In this document: piece by piece, positions 1 through 14,535 of the stretch
How the letters are laid out: each line of letters starts with the position of its first letter
Position numbering within the stretch: the first letter of the stretch is position 1
Translations under genes and position numbers: made by a program
Notes under the pieces: model-generated
The model's database searches: none
What the model was told of the DNA's origin: nothing
The model's input: only the letters and a program-made list of their open reading frames with translations
Origin: Macrostomum lignano
Taxonomy: Eukaryota
Reading direction: 5' to 3'
NCBI GenBank assembly: GCA_002269645.1
Contig: NIVC01000850.1
Coordinates: 335,904-399,903 of the forward strand
DNA: 64,000 nucleotides

Positions 1-309
1 TAATTATCCTTTCTCCCCTTATCCACCAGAGTTACGTTTCTCCTCACTATTCAGGCAGTTTTCAGCATTCGGAGAAATGAAAAATCCCATGTTTAAACCC
101 CCCAGACTCTGTTTCGGGGCTCAGCTGGTTGCGCGGCTTGTTGCGCAATCAAAATCGGTTTCTCAACCGATGCCTGCATTTTCAGCCAGGCTGAGGGCGG
201 GGCCGGAAGCACTTACTCATCTGAAGGCAGCTGTCTATTTCGTTTAGCCTTCAAATAGCGGTTTCTCTGAAGAATAAGTCCTCAGAGTTCCTCATAGAAA
301 CCCAAATCT

Positions 310-632
310 TTCAGGGAGTCAAGACCTTCAGGGAGTCAAGTCCTTCAGGGAGTCAAGACCTTCAGAGAGTCAAAACCTTCAGGGAGTCAAGACCTTCAGG
401 GAGTCAAGACCTTCAGGGAGTCAAGACCTTCAGGGAGTCAAGACCTTCAGGGAGTCAAGACCTTCAGGGAGTCAAGACCTTCAGGGAGTCAAGACCTTCA
501 GGAAGTCAAGTCCTTCAGGGAGTCAAGACCTTCAGGGAGTCAAGACCTTCAGGGAGTCAAGACCTTCAGGGAGTCAAGTCCTTCAGACAGTCAAGACCTT
601 CAGGGAGTCAAGTCCTTCAGTTAGTCAAGTCC
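310..632. repeat. 17-bp minisatellite CCTTCAGGGAGTCAAGA, ~19 copies
   Basis: Period 17 read directly. Confidence 0.95.
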
Positions 633-1230
633 TGAAGCTGGGGTCTGGCTTCAAGAATAGCATCCTGGAAAGCTGTCAATTTTTTCTAGCGATTGCAGTG
701 TGACAACTTTATGGTTTCATAATGATCGAATTTCTACATTTAATTTCGCTTTACCTAACCTTCCCCAAGCAGCCCAGCAACAAAAAGCGAACTTGACACA
801 CATCAGGGCTCCGAGTGGAGTCTCCTGTATCGAGCTCCAGCCACTGCCTGAACTGGTGTGTGACACGCGAGGAATACCTGGGAAGCCTGCGATGACACCT
901 GGGGCAAAGTATAGAGTCAGAGAACGCAGACAGTTTTTCAGTGTCAAAACATTATTATGAAATATTAAATATGGGTTCCGAGTCTGAAGCCGGGAGCTGT
1001 AAATCTGTCTGTATGATTCCTGATTTTTTTATGATCAACCCTAGCAACAACTTCTGCAACACGATATCTTAACGCAGATTTTATAGCCTTTTGATGTATC
1101 CGTTTTGGTCTGTTAGGTTTTTTTGTTTTATTTCGCTAAGATTTGGTTTCATTATGATTCTGAATTCTGGGGTTCTAAAATTGTCAGCCAGATTCTGAAA
1201 TTGTCAAAAAATTTCCGAAACATTATAAAA

Positions 1231-2020
1231 GATTCTGAGAGCTTCTGAATGATTCTGAAAGATTCTGGAGGACTCTGAAAGATTCTAGATGATTCTGAAA
1301 GATTCTAGATGATTCTGAAAGATTCTGGAGGATTCTGAAAGATTCTGAATGATTCTGAAAGATTCTGAATGATTCTGAAAGATTCTAGATGATTCTGAAA
1401 GATTCTGGATGATTCTGAAAGATTCTGGATGATTCTGAAAGATTCTGGATGATTCTAAAAGATTCTGGATGACTCTGAAAGATTCTGGATGATTCTAAAA
1501 GATTCTGGATGATTCTAAAAGATTCTGAATGATTCTGAAGGACTCTGAAAGATTCTGGATGATTCTGGATGATTCTAGATGATTCTGAAAGATTCTGGAT
1601 GATTCTGAAAGATTCTGGATGATTCTGAAAGACTCTGGATGATTCTGAAAGATTCTGGGTGATTCTGAAAGATTCTGAATGATTCTAAAAGATTCTGAAT
1701 GATTCTGGATGATTCTGGATGATTCTGAAAGATTCTGGATGATTCTAAAAGATTCTGAATGATTCTGGATGATTCTGAAAGATTCTGGATGATTCTGAAA
1801 GATTCTGGATGATTCTGAAAGACTCTGGATGATTCTGAAAGATTCTGGGTGATTCTGAAAGATTCTAGATGATTCTGAAAGATTCTGGATGATTCTGAAA
1901 GATTCAGAATGATTCTGAAAGACTCTGAATGATTCTGAAAGATTCTGGATGATTCTGAAAGATTCAGAATGATTCTGAAAGACTCTGAATGATTCTGAAA
2001 GATTCTGGATGATTCTGAAA
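1231..2020. repeat. 10-bp minisatellite GATTCTG(AAA/GAT), partial 20-bp higher order
   Basis: Aligns with the 10-nt print blocks. Confidence 0.95.
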
Positions 2021-2250
2021 TATTTTGACGGATTAGGATTACTGACTCAGCAGCTGCAGTATCTAAGAAAGTGTACTATCAACTTGAGAGAGTTTTTATT
2101 AAATTTTTGAATACCAGTACTTAATAAATGTCATCGGACAATACAATTAGACAAATTAAATTATCCAGAATGAATAACCAAAAAAGTATAGTCTGCATTT
2201 TAGTCGCAATAGTTCCCATTCTACTAGTAATCGTTACTCTCTTCTCCTCG

Positions 2251-2310
2251 CATTCCTATTGGCTAGAATCTCAGCCAATGAGAATAGGCCTAAGATCCAA
2301 AATGGCGGCC
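2251..2310 (+). promoter_or_regulatory. Candidate promoter motifs: inverted CCAAT pair plus YY1-type site
   Basis: ATTGG at 2258, CCAAT at 2275, CAAAATGGCGGC at 2298-2309; motif match only. Confidence 0.3.
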
Positions 2311-2844
2311 CTGTTGGGGTGGGGTGGGTGAATCCTGGGCAAGGGGAGGGCGGCAGTGTCAGAGAGGGGTTGGACTGACCAGCCTTTTTACGATAAAGCT
2401 CAAGTCAGCAGACCAGTACAGCGGGCCCAGAACCGGCAAAGACATTAACAACAATCTGCTTGAGAATATTAAAGAATAAAAAACTTTGAAACGAACGAAT
2501 TTCAACCTGCACAAACCAGATAGACAAACTTATCTTTATTAGGTTCCTCCTGTGTTCTTGCCGCTCGGCTTAAGGTTTATTAAACTCAGAACAAATTATT
2601 ATTAGTGAATGGTTGCAATATTTACAGCTGGACAATACTTTTAAGACAATAGATTTAATCTGACGAGGCGAAATCGTTTATTGCTATGCGGCTACAAGCT
2701 GGAACTACGAGCTGGTTGCAGATTTTAATTCAATAAGTGAGTAACTAAGTGAGCACGTGTGTTTGGCTTTGCTTGTTTTGGTAGATATTTTATGGGAATA
2801 CGACCGTATTGACACTTGAAGCACACTAGGGTATTAGAGAGAAG

Positions 2845-2847
2845 AGG

Positions 2848-2921
<74 letters not shown>

Positions 2922-3297
2922 TGGGTGGAGATCGAGCAGAGAGATGGAGAGAAGAGGTGAAGACTGAGCAGAGAGATGGAGAGAAGAGGTGGAGATCGAG
3001 CAGAGAGATGGAGAGAAGAGGTGGAGACTGAGCAGAGAGATGGAGAGAAGAGGTGGAGACTGAGCAGAGAGATGGAGAGAAGCGGTGGAGACTGAGCAGA
3101 GAGATGGAGAGAAGCGGTGGAGACTGAGCAGAGAGATGGAGAGAAGAGGTGGAGACTGAGCAGAGAGATGGAGAGGCGGTGGAGACTGAGCAGAGAGATG
3201 GAGAGAAGAGGTGGAGACTGAGCAGAGAGATGGAGAGAAGAGGTGGAGACTGAGCAGAGAGATGGAGAGAAGAGGTGGAGACTGAGCAGAGAGATCT

Positions 3298-3384
<87 letters not shown>

Positions 3385-3385
3385 C
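2845..3385. repeat. (GA)n tracts flanking a 32-bp GA-rich minisatellite
   Basis: Unit GAGCAGAGAGATGGAGAGAAGAGGTGGAGACT over ~2930-3295. Confidence 0.93.
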
Positions 3386-4046
3386 GTGAGATCCTAGTGG
3401 GGCAGCTCATGCTATTACTTATCAAGGCCTCAGTAACTCCCAGTAGCGCCCAGCATGAGCTTCCATAATTGATAATTAAGTTGAGCGGGCTGGTTGAGAA
3501 CGCGACTGACACACAGTACCGCTTGTACACGAAGGCTTCCCTTTTTAATACGCGCGCATGTGGCGACCATGTGGTTACAGAATACGGATTTCCTCAACTC
3601 ATTCAATATTTAAGCACGGCAAACATCTGCAAACTCAGGGCAAATCTCTCCCGAAAAGGAGGTGAGTGGCTTGAGGGGATAACTAACTCCCCTGCTAAAA
3701 TCGTTGAACCTTCAGTAAGACAAAATGCCGGCTTGCGTATTAGGACGGCACTCTGATGAGCACTCTGATGAGCACTCTGATGAGCACTCTGCGATGGCTG
3801 ACAGGCAAGTAATGTAGCCGCTGGCTGATTCCATTTCTGTTTGCTGAGAATCGTCTCAGGCTGTTCACTCATTGTATCTTGGGCTAGAAACTGCTCACTG
3901 CGATAGTCTCTCTCGTTTGGCTTCGCTCAGCTCTTACTCACGGCTTCAGTAGGTAATAACCTACAATTTAATCTATTAGCAGCTATTCAAAGGTTTCCTA
4001 CCATGCCAACCAGCTCAGGTGTGCTAATTATATTCTGTGTTCTATG

Positions 4047-4828
<782 letters not shown>

Positions 4829-5714
4829 CTCCCCACTCCCACACTGAGTGCCACTCGCTGTCCAGCTCGCTACAGAAGAGCCACAACGGCAGTAGTTAAT
4901 TCCCAGTGTCTTAAGAGCCGTTGTGTTGCGAGCCAACCTCTCTTCCTTGTTTGAGCTCACTGAGTCCAGGGCTATCAGCCCACCTTACTCACACTTACTT
5001 AACTTGTTCCTTTTGACTCTCCCGAAGCCATTGTTGATCCATAGCTCCGGGGCAGCCAAGTGGCTGAATGGTGTATGCAACCCCCACCCCAACACACTGA
5101 TAATCCATTCTCCATAATGATATCCAAACTACCAATTGTTTGGCATTGTGTCTGTATCGAAAATACGGTATTATATGCGAAATGCCAGAGAGCCACATTT
5201 AGTTTCTAAGACTTACTGCACACAACATACATTATAAAGCTACACACAGAACCCCATTGCAAGCAAGCTAAGTGAGTCTCCAATTCAAATTCAACTCAAC
5301 CATGGACTACTAAGCGACTCTCTCTAATTAGTGTCTGGATTTGATTAAAAAAATCCCTAACAGAAATGAGTCAAGCAAGTTGTTCTATCCAACTAGCATT
5401 GGTACTCCATGACTTCACCCTACCGTCTCATAACTTTACTAACCTGACTGACCTACCAGCAGAAATTCTTTAGCAAACTTCCCATATCGTGGGGATATGA
5501 GGGTGAGATCTGGGGGGGGGGCGTTAGAGGGAGAGGGGAGAGGGGAGAAGGCACGAAATAAAAAGAACTTAGAGAAGTTTTGGTCAGTCAGTTATTACTT
5601 ATTTGTTGAGTACAGTCAGAAAAGCACAGAATGTTTCTTTTGCAAGATACCATGAGAGACAGACTGACCTAGAGGGAGAAAACCTAAATCCTAGAGGAGA
5701 TAGAGATACGAAGA

Positions 5715-5980
5715 TGAGAGAGCAGAGGATAGAGATGCGATAGTAGAGGATAGAGATGCGAGAGTAAAGGATAGAGATGCGAGAGTAGAGGATAGAGATG
5801 CGAGAGCAGAGGATAGAGATGCGAGAGTAGAGGATAGAGATGCGAGAGCAGAGGATAGAGATGCGAGAGTAGAGGATAGAGATGCGAGAGCAGAGGATAG
5901 AGATGCGATAGTAGAGGATAGAGATGCGAGAGCAGAGGATAGAGATGCGAGAGTAGAGGATAGAGATGCGAGAGTAGAGG
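5715..5980. repeat. 21-bp minisatellite GAGAGTAGAGGATAGAGATGC
   Basis: Read directly. Confidence 0.9.
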
Positions 5981-6808
5981 GTAGAGTAGAGGAAGAGAAT
6001 AGAAACGAGAGGAGAGTATACAAATGTTAGATTAGAGAATAGAGATAGCAGAAGAAAGAGATTTGAGAGGAAATTTGGGGCTAAGAGATTGCAAACCCTA
6101 TTTGAAGGCAATTCAAGGCGCTAAAACAAATGCAATCTAAAAAATTGAAATCTCCAGACCCCAGTATGTTCAAAGGTTCTGGTACTCCTTTAATGTCCGC
6201 GCACCCTCCAGGTCAGGGTCTTTACAAATAAGAACTGAGAACCCGCCTTTGCAACTGCAAGGTTGCAGAAGAATTCTTGATTTTTTACAAGCTGTAGCAT
6301 GCACCACTACTCTGCATGCATATCAGTATATGCATGGTGTCTCAGTGCTGTGGAGTTACTGGTATCAGAGTGCGTGTTATATTATAGGCCTGCAATAAAT
6401 TCCAGTGCAACAAAAAAGTAAATAAAACTTCTTTTCTTATCGGAGTCGGAACATGATTGTGCTTTTTTGCTTCTTTTAGAAGCAGTTATCTTCTCACTTG
6501 CCAGACTGTCCCAGTCCAGATGCTAGCAACAGTGATCTTGGTCACCGCATATATAACAAATTTAGTCCGCGAAGTCAAGCCCTAAGAATGCCATAAACAG
6601 TAGTGTTAAGCGCAATCTTAGTCATAGGAATGGCATCTATTCCATGCTTGGTTAAAAAGAATGGCTTTAGGAGTAAAGGATTAGAAACCTTTTATTGTAG
6701 TTCATTCTTGGAGTTTCCCTCCGGCTTTATTTGGAATGGTATTTTTTGAAAAGAAAGAGCTATTTCTTTTAGTGTGACTTTTTTCCCTCATTCTTGATGA
6801 AAATTACA

Positions 6809-8655
6809 AGTGCTATTAGAGTGCTAATTACAGTGCTATTAGGGTGCTAATTCTAGTGCTATTTTAAGGCGCTAATTCCAGTGCTATTAGAGTGCTAATA
6901 CCAGTGCTATTAGAGTGCTAATTCCAGTGCTATTAGGGTGCTAATTCTAGTGCTATTTTAAGGCGTTAACTCCAGTGCTATTAGGGTGCTATTTACAGTG
7001 CTATTAGGGTGCTAACTACAATGCTATTAGGGTGCTAACTACAGTGCTATTAGAGTGCTAATACCAGTGCTATTATGGTGCTAATACCAGTGCTATTATG
7101 GTGCTAACTACAGTGCTATTAGGGTCCTAATTCCAGTGCTATTATGGTGCTAACTACAGTGCTATTAGAGTGCTAATACCAGTGCTATTATGGTGCTAAC
7201 TACAGTGCTATTAGGGTGCTATTTACAGTGCTATTAGAGTGCTAATACCAGTGCTATTAGAGTGCTAAGTACAGTGCTATTAGGGTGCTAACTACAGTGC
7301 TATTAGAGTGCTAATTACAGTGCTATTAGAGTGCTAATTCCAGTGCTATTAGGGTGCTAACTACAGTGCTATTGTGGCGCTAATTTTAGTGCTATTAGGG
7401 GTGCTAACTACAGTGCTATTAGGGTGCTAACTACAGTGCTATTAGAGCGCTAATGTCAGTGCTATTAGGGTGCTAATTCCAGTGCTATTAGGGTGCTAAT
7501 TCCAGTGCTATTATGGTGCTAATTCCAGTGCTATTAGGGTGCTAACTACAGTGCTATTAGGGTGCTAACTACAGTGCTATTAGAGCGCTAATGTCAGTGC
7601 TATTAGGGTGCTAATTCCAGTGCTATTAGGGTGCTAATTCCAGTGCTATTAGGGTGCTAATTCCAGTGCTATTATGGTGCTAATTCCAGTGCTATTAGGG
7701 TGCTAACTACAGTGCTATTGTGGCGCTAATTTTAGTGCTATTAGGGGTGCTAATTCCAGTGCTATTAGGGTGCTAACTACAGTGCTATTAGGGTGCTAAC
7801 TACAGTGCTATTAGAGCGCTAATGTCAGTGCTATTAGGGTGCTAATTCCAGTGCTATTAGGGTGCTAATTCCAGTGCTATTATGGTGCTAATTCCAGTGC
7901 TATTAGGGTGCTAATTCCAGTGCTATTAGGGTGCTAATTCCAGTGCTATTAGGGTGCTAATTCCAGTGCTATTAGGGGCGCTAATTCCAGTGCTATTAGG
8001 GTGCTAACTACAGTGCTATTAGAGCGCTAATGTCAGTGCTATTAGGGTGCTAACTACAGTGCTATTAGGGGTGCTAATTCCAGTGCTATTAGGGTGCTAA
8101 CTACAGTGCTATTAAGGTGCTAACTACAGTGCTATTAGAGCGCTAATGTCAGTGCTATTAGGGTGCTAATTCCAGTGCTATTAGGGTGCTAATTCCAGTG
8201 CTATTAGGGTGCTAATTCCAGTGCTATTAGGGTGCTAACTACAGTGCTATTAGAGCGCTAATGTCAGTGCTATTAGGGTGCTAATTCCAGTGCTATTAGG
8301 GTGCTAATTCCAGTGCTATTAGGGTGCTAATTCCAGTGCTATTAGGGTGCTAACTACAGCGCTATTAGGGTGCTAATTCCAGTGCAATTAGGGTGCTAAT
8401 TCCAGTGCTATTAGGGTGCTAATTCCAGTGCTATTAGGGTGCTAACTACAGCGCTATTAGGGTGCTAATTCCAGTGCAATTAGGGTGCTAATTCCAGTGC
8501 TTTTAGGGTGCTAATTCCAGTGCTATTAGGGTGCTAATTCCAGTGCTATTAGGGTGCTAATTCCAGTGCTATTAGGGGCGCTAATTCCAGTGCTATTAGG
8601 GGTGCTAATTCCAGTGCTATTAGGGGCGCTAATTCCAGTGCTATTAGGGTGCTAT
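6809..8655. repeat. 23-bp minisatellite AGTGCTATTAGGGTGCTAATTCC, ~80 copies
   Basis: Period 23, made of two related GTGCTA subunits. Confidence 0.96.
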
Positions 8656-9893
8656 TTTTTGTTTAATATACCACCTCACTCAGGATTCTATGAGGCACAT
8701 AAGTTGTCACATCAATTTCTCACCCCCACAGGCACCAGAAGACACTTCGCCTTTGATTCAGCCCTGTTTGTACATTTTCCCTCGCCGACACGGCAAAAGG
8801 TGAGTTTAATTAAAATGTATGTTACTTTCTAGATGACGAAATTTATGATACTAATAGTCGCTAAGTTGTTGCGCTCTCTTGATGACGTCATCACTAATTA
8901 ATAAGGTTAATTAAAGTTGAAATAAAAATTAGTAATGCTACTATATAATAAGCTATCAGTGGAGACTCGAGTACATTGAGTCAAGAATATTTTTTGCAAA
9001 TCCTGTCCAACTCTCCTATCAGATCCTATTAGCTTCAAGAACTGACGGGGGGATTCAACTGCCCTTGGCTACTCATCAAGGGAGAATTTCAACAGTGCTT
9101 TACCCTCAGTGGAAGAATGCTTCTTTACAGTTGACTGGAGAGTGAAAGGGGCGAAAACAGGGGGGGGGAGATGAAAGACGCCAAATACAGCTAGCCACTG
9201 GGATAATTATATCCGAGGGAGGCTGGAGTCCCACCTACCCAATGATGACGTAACCGTGGGCGGCTTGATAGATTTAAGCTGCGGCGAGAGCAAATTCATG
9301 CGAATGTCTATCTTATATACTAGAAAGAAAAAAAGGGATCGGGTATTTCTGCCGAATTTTACTCAACGGGCCGCCCTTGAAACTTGAGCAACCGTAGACA
9401 GTGGAAAGCTCGTGTAGGGCCTTTCGTGGGGGCCCTCTGTCTGGCGTGTGACTTTGTTCTTTGATCGCCCGGGCAGAGGGGCCGCTCCTCCTTCTCCATC
9501 TGATGTTTTCAAGGCCGCTGCTTCTCTAGTTTTTCATTCCGTTTGTCGGCGAATAAAATTTGGCAGTCGTGACCGAAATGGGGGATAATTTAGTTTGGCG
9601 AGCTTTATAGAAATCCCATATGGGAATGGGACAGCTTTGTCTGAGGCTCAGCCTTCCTAGCCTGTAATCTGTGGCGCTGCCACCCGCGCTCTCCTCTGCC
9701 TGCGGACTCGAAGGTTTTAACGGAGGCAAGTCTTTGCCACACACCTGAGCTTTGTTGCAATGAGGGATTAATTGATAAGCAGACTGCCTTCATGCAGTTG
9801 TTAACACGCTGTATAATAGAAATGTAATAACATGGTTGGTTATATAGTAGGACTGTTATATCTAATTTTACCTGGCTATACAACATGTAATAC

Positions 9894-10318
<425 letters not shown>

Positions 10319-11060
10319 CACAGTATTTGCGTAGCTTGTCCGACAGTCAACGTTTAAACAATCGAAAATTCTTTTTTACATACACGCCCTTAGATTCCTA
10401 TCAAAAGGTTTTTTACAATGATGAAGTGCATGATGAAGGAGTGGGGAAGCCACAGCCTCCCCCTCACTGTCCTCAAATCGCTGAACTTCAGTGCGGACTG
10501 CGGCAGTAGCAGCAGTTTGCAAGCAATGCTGGTTGCTGGCTGCACATGAGGAGAGAGGAGGCTGATAGCATGGAGGCTGTGTGGCTCCCCTGGCATTTTC
10601 ATGGTGCACCCAGCCAACCAACTGCAGTCGCGTATTCAGCCAGTGTGTAAGTTTGACAACCCGCTGACAACCGCTGCGGCAGGATATTATTTCTGGGATG
10701 GCGGAATCGTTGAAAGGATCGCATAGTGGAGGGGGGTTGGACTTTGACGTCAGTTTAATTGGTATTAGGCCCCGTTATGGGTGGTAGGTAGAGTTCAGCT
10801 CTGGCCAGCCGATGGAAGTTGTGTCGGAAGTCCCCACAGCAACAGAATTAGTGTGGAATGGGGAGGGCTTGGTGCCAGCCGCAGTGTTGCCCTGTCCCGA
10901 TTCTCAAGTGCGGAGAATGATGCATGATTTTAGATGGGGATTGTCGCGATTCCAGTCCCATAGGTGCCTGCCAGACACACAGGCCTCAGTAAGCATTTCC
11001 TTTGACAATAAACATCGTTTTTTTGAGTCTGCTTTCTATTATTAGAAAACTGGGGTAAGA

Positions 11061-11590
11061 TCAGTTATAGGATTTGGGATCAATTATGGGATTGGGGGTC
11101 AATTATGGGATTGGGGGTCAATTATGGGATTGGGGGTCAATTATGGGATTGGGGGTCAATTACGAGATTTATGGTCAATTATGGGATTTATGACCAATTA
11201 TAGGATTTTATGATCAATTATTGGATTTGAGATCAATTATGGGATTTGAGATAAATTATGAGATTTTGGGATCAGTTATGGTATTCGGTATCAATTATGG
11301 GATTGGGATCAATTATGGGATTTGGGATCAATTATGGGATTTGGGCTCAATTATGGGATTTGGTATCGATTATGGGATTGGGATCAATTATGGGATTTGG
11401 GATCAATTATGGGATTTGGGATCAATTATGGGATTTGGGATCAATTATGGGATTTGTGATCAATTATGGGATTTGGGATCAATTATGTGATTTGGGATCA
11501 ATTGTGGAATTTGGTAGCGATTATGGGATTTGGGATCAATTATGGGATTGGGGATAAAAAGTGGGATTTGGGATCAATTATGGGATTGAG
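11061..11590. repeat. ~19-bp minisatellite GGGATCAATTATGGGATTT
   Basis: Read directly; degenerate. Confidence 0.92.
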
Positions 11591-12471
11591 CAATGGACAA
11601 GGATTGTTATCGGGAATTAGGTTTTAGAAACTTTCACTAAAATGCATCAAATTTCGGGATCAAAGTCGCGGCTCGGGAATAAAGGACCGACCAGGTGTTC
11701 AGTTTGCGGAGAGCTGGACTAAAATTCATGCAAAGAAAAGTAAAACAAGAACGTGCTCAAGTGCCCTCCCTCATTGGCCAAAATTCAATTCATTAATTTC
11801 TGAGAAGCCGAACTGGGAGGAGCTGAGAGCCTGAGCAACAGGGGCTGCTCAATCTTGAAGAAATTCTTAAAGCAGACAGGCTGGCAGAATCTCAAGGCTG
11901 CTGAGACTGAGACGACAGAGGAAGGAACAGAAGTGGTTGGGGCTGGCTATCCATAAAACTAGCTCAATGATGGATCCGAATAACCGTTTTGGGTAGTTGG
12001 TTGCTATGCCAAAGTTCCTTTCGAGGGGGGGGGGATTTTTGACAGGCATCCATGAGACCTGGCCTAAATTGGTTGGGGAGAAAAGTGACCGAGCTTTAAG
12101 CAAAGTTGAGGGGTGAGGGATTAACGAGGCTGTAGAAATCCGAGAGTAGGCAAAACTCGGCTTAGGTTGCTGAGCCGCCTCCGAGAGCATAGCAACTCGA
12201 AAAAGAGAGAGGAGGCTGGCTTGGCCAACTTTGAGTGGCTTCTTTTTGAGACAAGCCGCTTGTTTGCCCAGCTCTCGTTATGGTTGCCTTGGTCTCCAAG
12301 ATTGGTCTCTCAGTCGTGACCTGATCATATCAGTGGAGTCAAGTCCTGACCGACCGACCGACCGACTCATCTTTTTGCCGCAACTGCAGATTTATTAATC
12401 TGTTAATGACTTTTGTTTGGTTGATAGGGTTGATATATTGATAGAATAGTTTATTCATGCATTGATAGGTT

Positions 12472-12532
12472 GGGCCGTAGCCCAGTGGTCTGGCGCGGCC
12501 CTCTGATGTCCCAGCAGCCCAGGCTCGATTCC
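12472..12532 (+). pseudogene. tRNA-like fragment (pseudo-tRNA or SINE head)
   Basis: A box TAGCCCAGTGG and B-box-like GGCTCGATTCC at tRNA spacing; no complete cloverleaf can be drawn. Confidence 0.5.
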
Positions 12533-12950
12533 AAATGCAGTATCATTTACTTGGAGCTAAATTGAAATCTCAGCTTGGCTCTGCTCGTGCAATTAACGTC
12601 ATTGAGGACCGACCCCCCAAGGCACAGTGAAGTGTACATGCCTAACGATAAAATAAAGTTAGGGCCGCTGTGCACTCCTGTGTGAGTGTGTGCCTGCGTA
12701 CGTATCCGCGCGCTCGTGTGCCTGCTCAGGGGAGTCGGCGGAATGGGCAGTAATGCCTCTCGCCGGTTGTGCGACAATGTCGCTTAAAGTGCGCCCTGAT
12801 TTAACTTGATAAATTGATAGATTCACAGATCAACTAATGGATTTCCATATTTGTAATGGATACCATTGCTGGCGCACTGCATGTACAAATATGATACTCG
12901 AGTGTCGCTAATTATCTTCATTAGAGGAACCCACAAACTTCCAAGTCTTT

Positions 12951-13013
12951 GTGACGTCATAGGAGCGTAATGACGTCATACACAGGGCTATTTGCTAGAG
13001 GAGGTCACGTGAC
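12951..13013. promoter_or_regulatory. Cluster of two CRE palindromes and an extended E-box
   Basis: TGACGTCA at 12952 and 12971; GTCACGTGAC at 13004-13013; motif match only. Confidence 0.35.
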
Positions 13014-13536
13014 TGACCCAGCAGGCCTGAAAATTGAGCAGAATTGAGTCGACTAAAAAATAATTTAGCTTTCCAAAACTTTTTTCATACCGGATATCAA
13101 TTCAGATAGTTCTTGTTAATCCTAACTGCCTTCTCAAACATGTCGATTCACCTTTGCAATCAGCCGACCCCAACTCTCAGACATGCCGTACTGATGAGGC
13201 AGGTCACTGCGGATGAGGCGAAAAGACTCCGATACACAAAGGAGGCCTGACATTCCGGCCAAGCAAACTCAAAGACGACTCTTCTTGCAAGTCGCTTCTT
13301 TCATTCTTGAGCCTCTGTTTGGGCTCTGAAAGATTAATAAATAACGAGCTAGCCAGAATTGGATTCCTTCAGCCCTTTGAAGCTGCGATAGTCTTTCATC
13401 TTTGTCACCGGAAATTGTGACTCCCTTCTGGCTCCTCCTCTGCCTCCTATTATTCAGAATCCTTTGCTGTTTTTAGAACAACTGTGGCAAACAGATGCTC
13501 ATAGCTAGTTAGTTTATGTAGCTTAGACAGACACAC

Positions 13537-13646
<110 letters not shown>

Positions 13647-14144
13647 TAGCTTCAAGTATTCGCTCGTTTTTCAGTCAATGAACTTGGGGATAATTCTCCC
13701 TTATATTCATCTTCCGTATATGCTAAGCTGGCATTCGGTTTCCTTGGTAGAGGGAAGTGAGCAATCAATCAGCACCGCGGAGACCACCGGGAATAATCCA
13801 CTTCTTCATCTCTCTCTCATTGCGTGATTTCGCTGCCGGGCTCCACGTTCCCCATATAGGTTAAAACACCACGAGCCACGAGGTCCCCAGTTCGCGCGCT
13901 CTCTCTCCTGCTCCGATCTCTCTACTCAATTTCCATTTTCGTTTTTTCCCGATAAGAATCGACACGATCGCCGCAAATGAAGCCGCTACATAGAGAACAG
14001 TTTCTGATGACGCAACCCGTTGCTTTGGCCTGAGGGAGGGTGGCTTGACGCTTGTTCTCCATCAGAGATGCAGAGGAGAAAGTCTCGACAGCCGATATGT
14101 ATCGTAGGCAATATTATCAAGCATAGTTTTATGCTTTAGACTCT

Positions 14145-14457
14145 GCAGGGAGTTGAAGCCTAGTGATCAGAGCGTCGGACTCACGGCTGAAAAGTCGGGG
14201 GTTCGATTCCCGACCTACTCGGAACAATTTGTGTCCTTTAGCAAGACGCCTAACTCTGCATTGCTTCAGTTCTACCAGCTGTAAAATGGGTGCCAGCATT
14301 AGCTGGGGTAATTGAGGCTGTGTGTGTGGCGACCCCCCAGTCCTTGGACCGAACAGCCGTACGCAGCCTTCAGATGCGACGCGCAATAGCTGCGGTTGAG
14401 CTGTCGGTTGCCCATCTGGCCCAATTAGGGCAGGTGGTATCAATTAGTGTTATTAAT
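14145..14457 (+). mobile_element. tRNA-derived SINE with CORE/Meta-like central domain, copy 1
   Basis: A-box-like AGCCTAGTGATCAGAGC and B box GGTTCGATTCC, then TGTGTCCTTTAGCAAGACGCCTAACTCTGCATTGCTTCAGTTCTACCAGCTGTAAAATGGG (MIR-CORE-like); a second copy lies at 22127-22380. Confidence 0.85.
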
Positions 14458-14477
14458 ACGCGGATCCGCGTGACAAC

Positions 14478-14535
14478 AGCCCTCGGAGTCGAACCCCGGA
14501 CCTCTGGGCGCAATAATCAGACCCTTAGCGGACAC
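14478..14535 (-). pseudogene. tRNA-like 3' fragment (B box and T arm)
   Basis: Minus strand reads CCCAGAGGTCCGGGGTTCGACTCCGAGG; A box not intact. Confidence 0.4.

Noticed and set aside
2660-2673. CTGACGA-GGC-GAAA, a minimal hammerhead ribozyme-like core
   Set aside because: No stem I or stem III pairing and no NUH cleavage site could be found.
13191-13223. CTGATGA...GAAA hammerhead-like core
   Set aside because: Stem II does not close and stems I and III do not pair properly.
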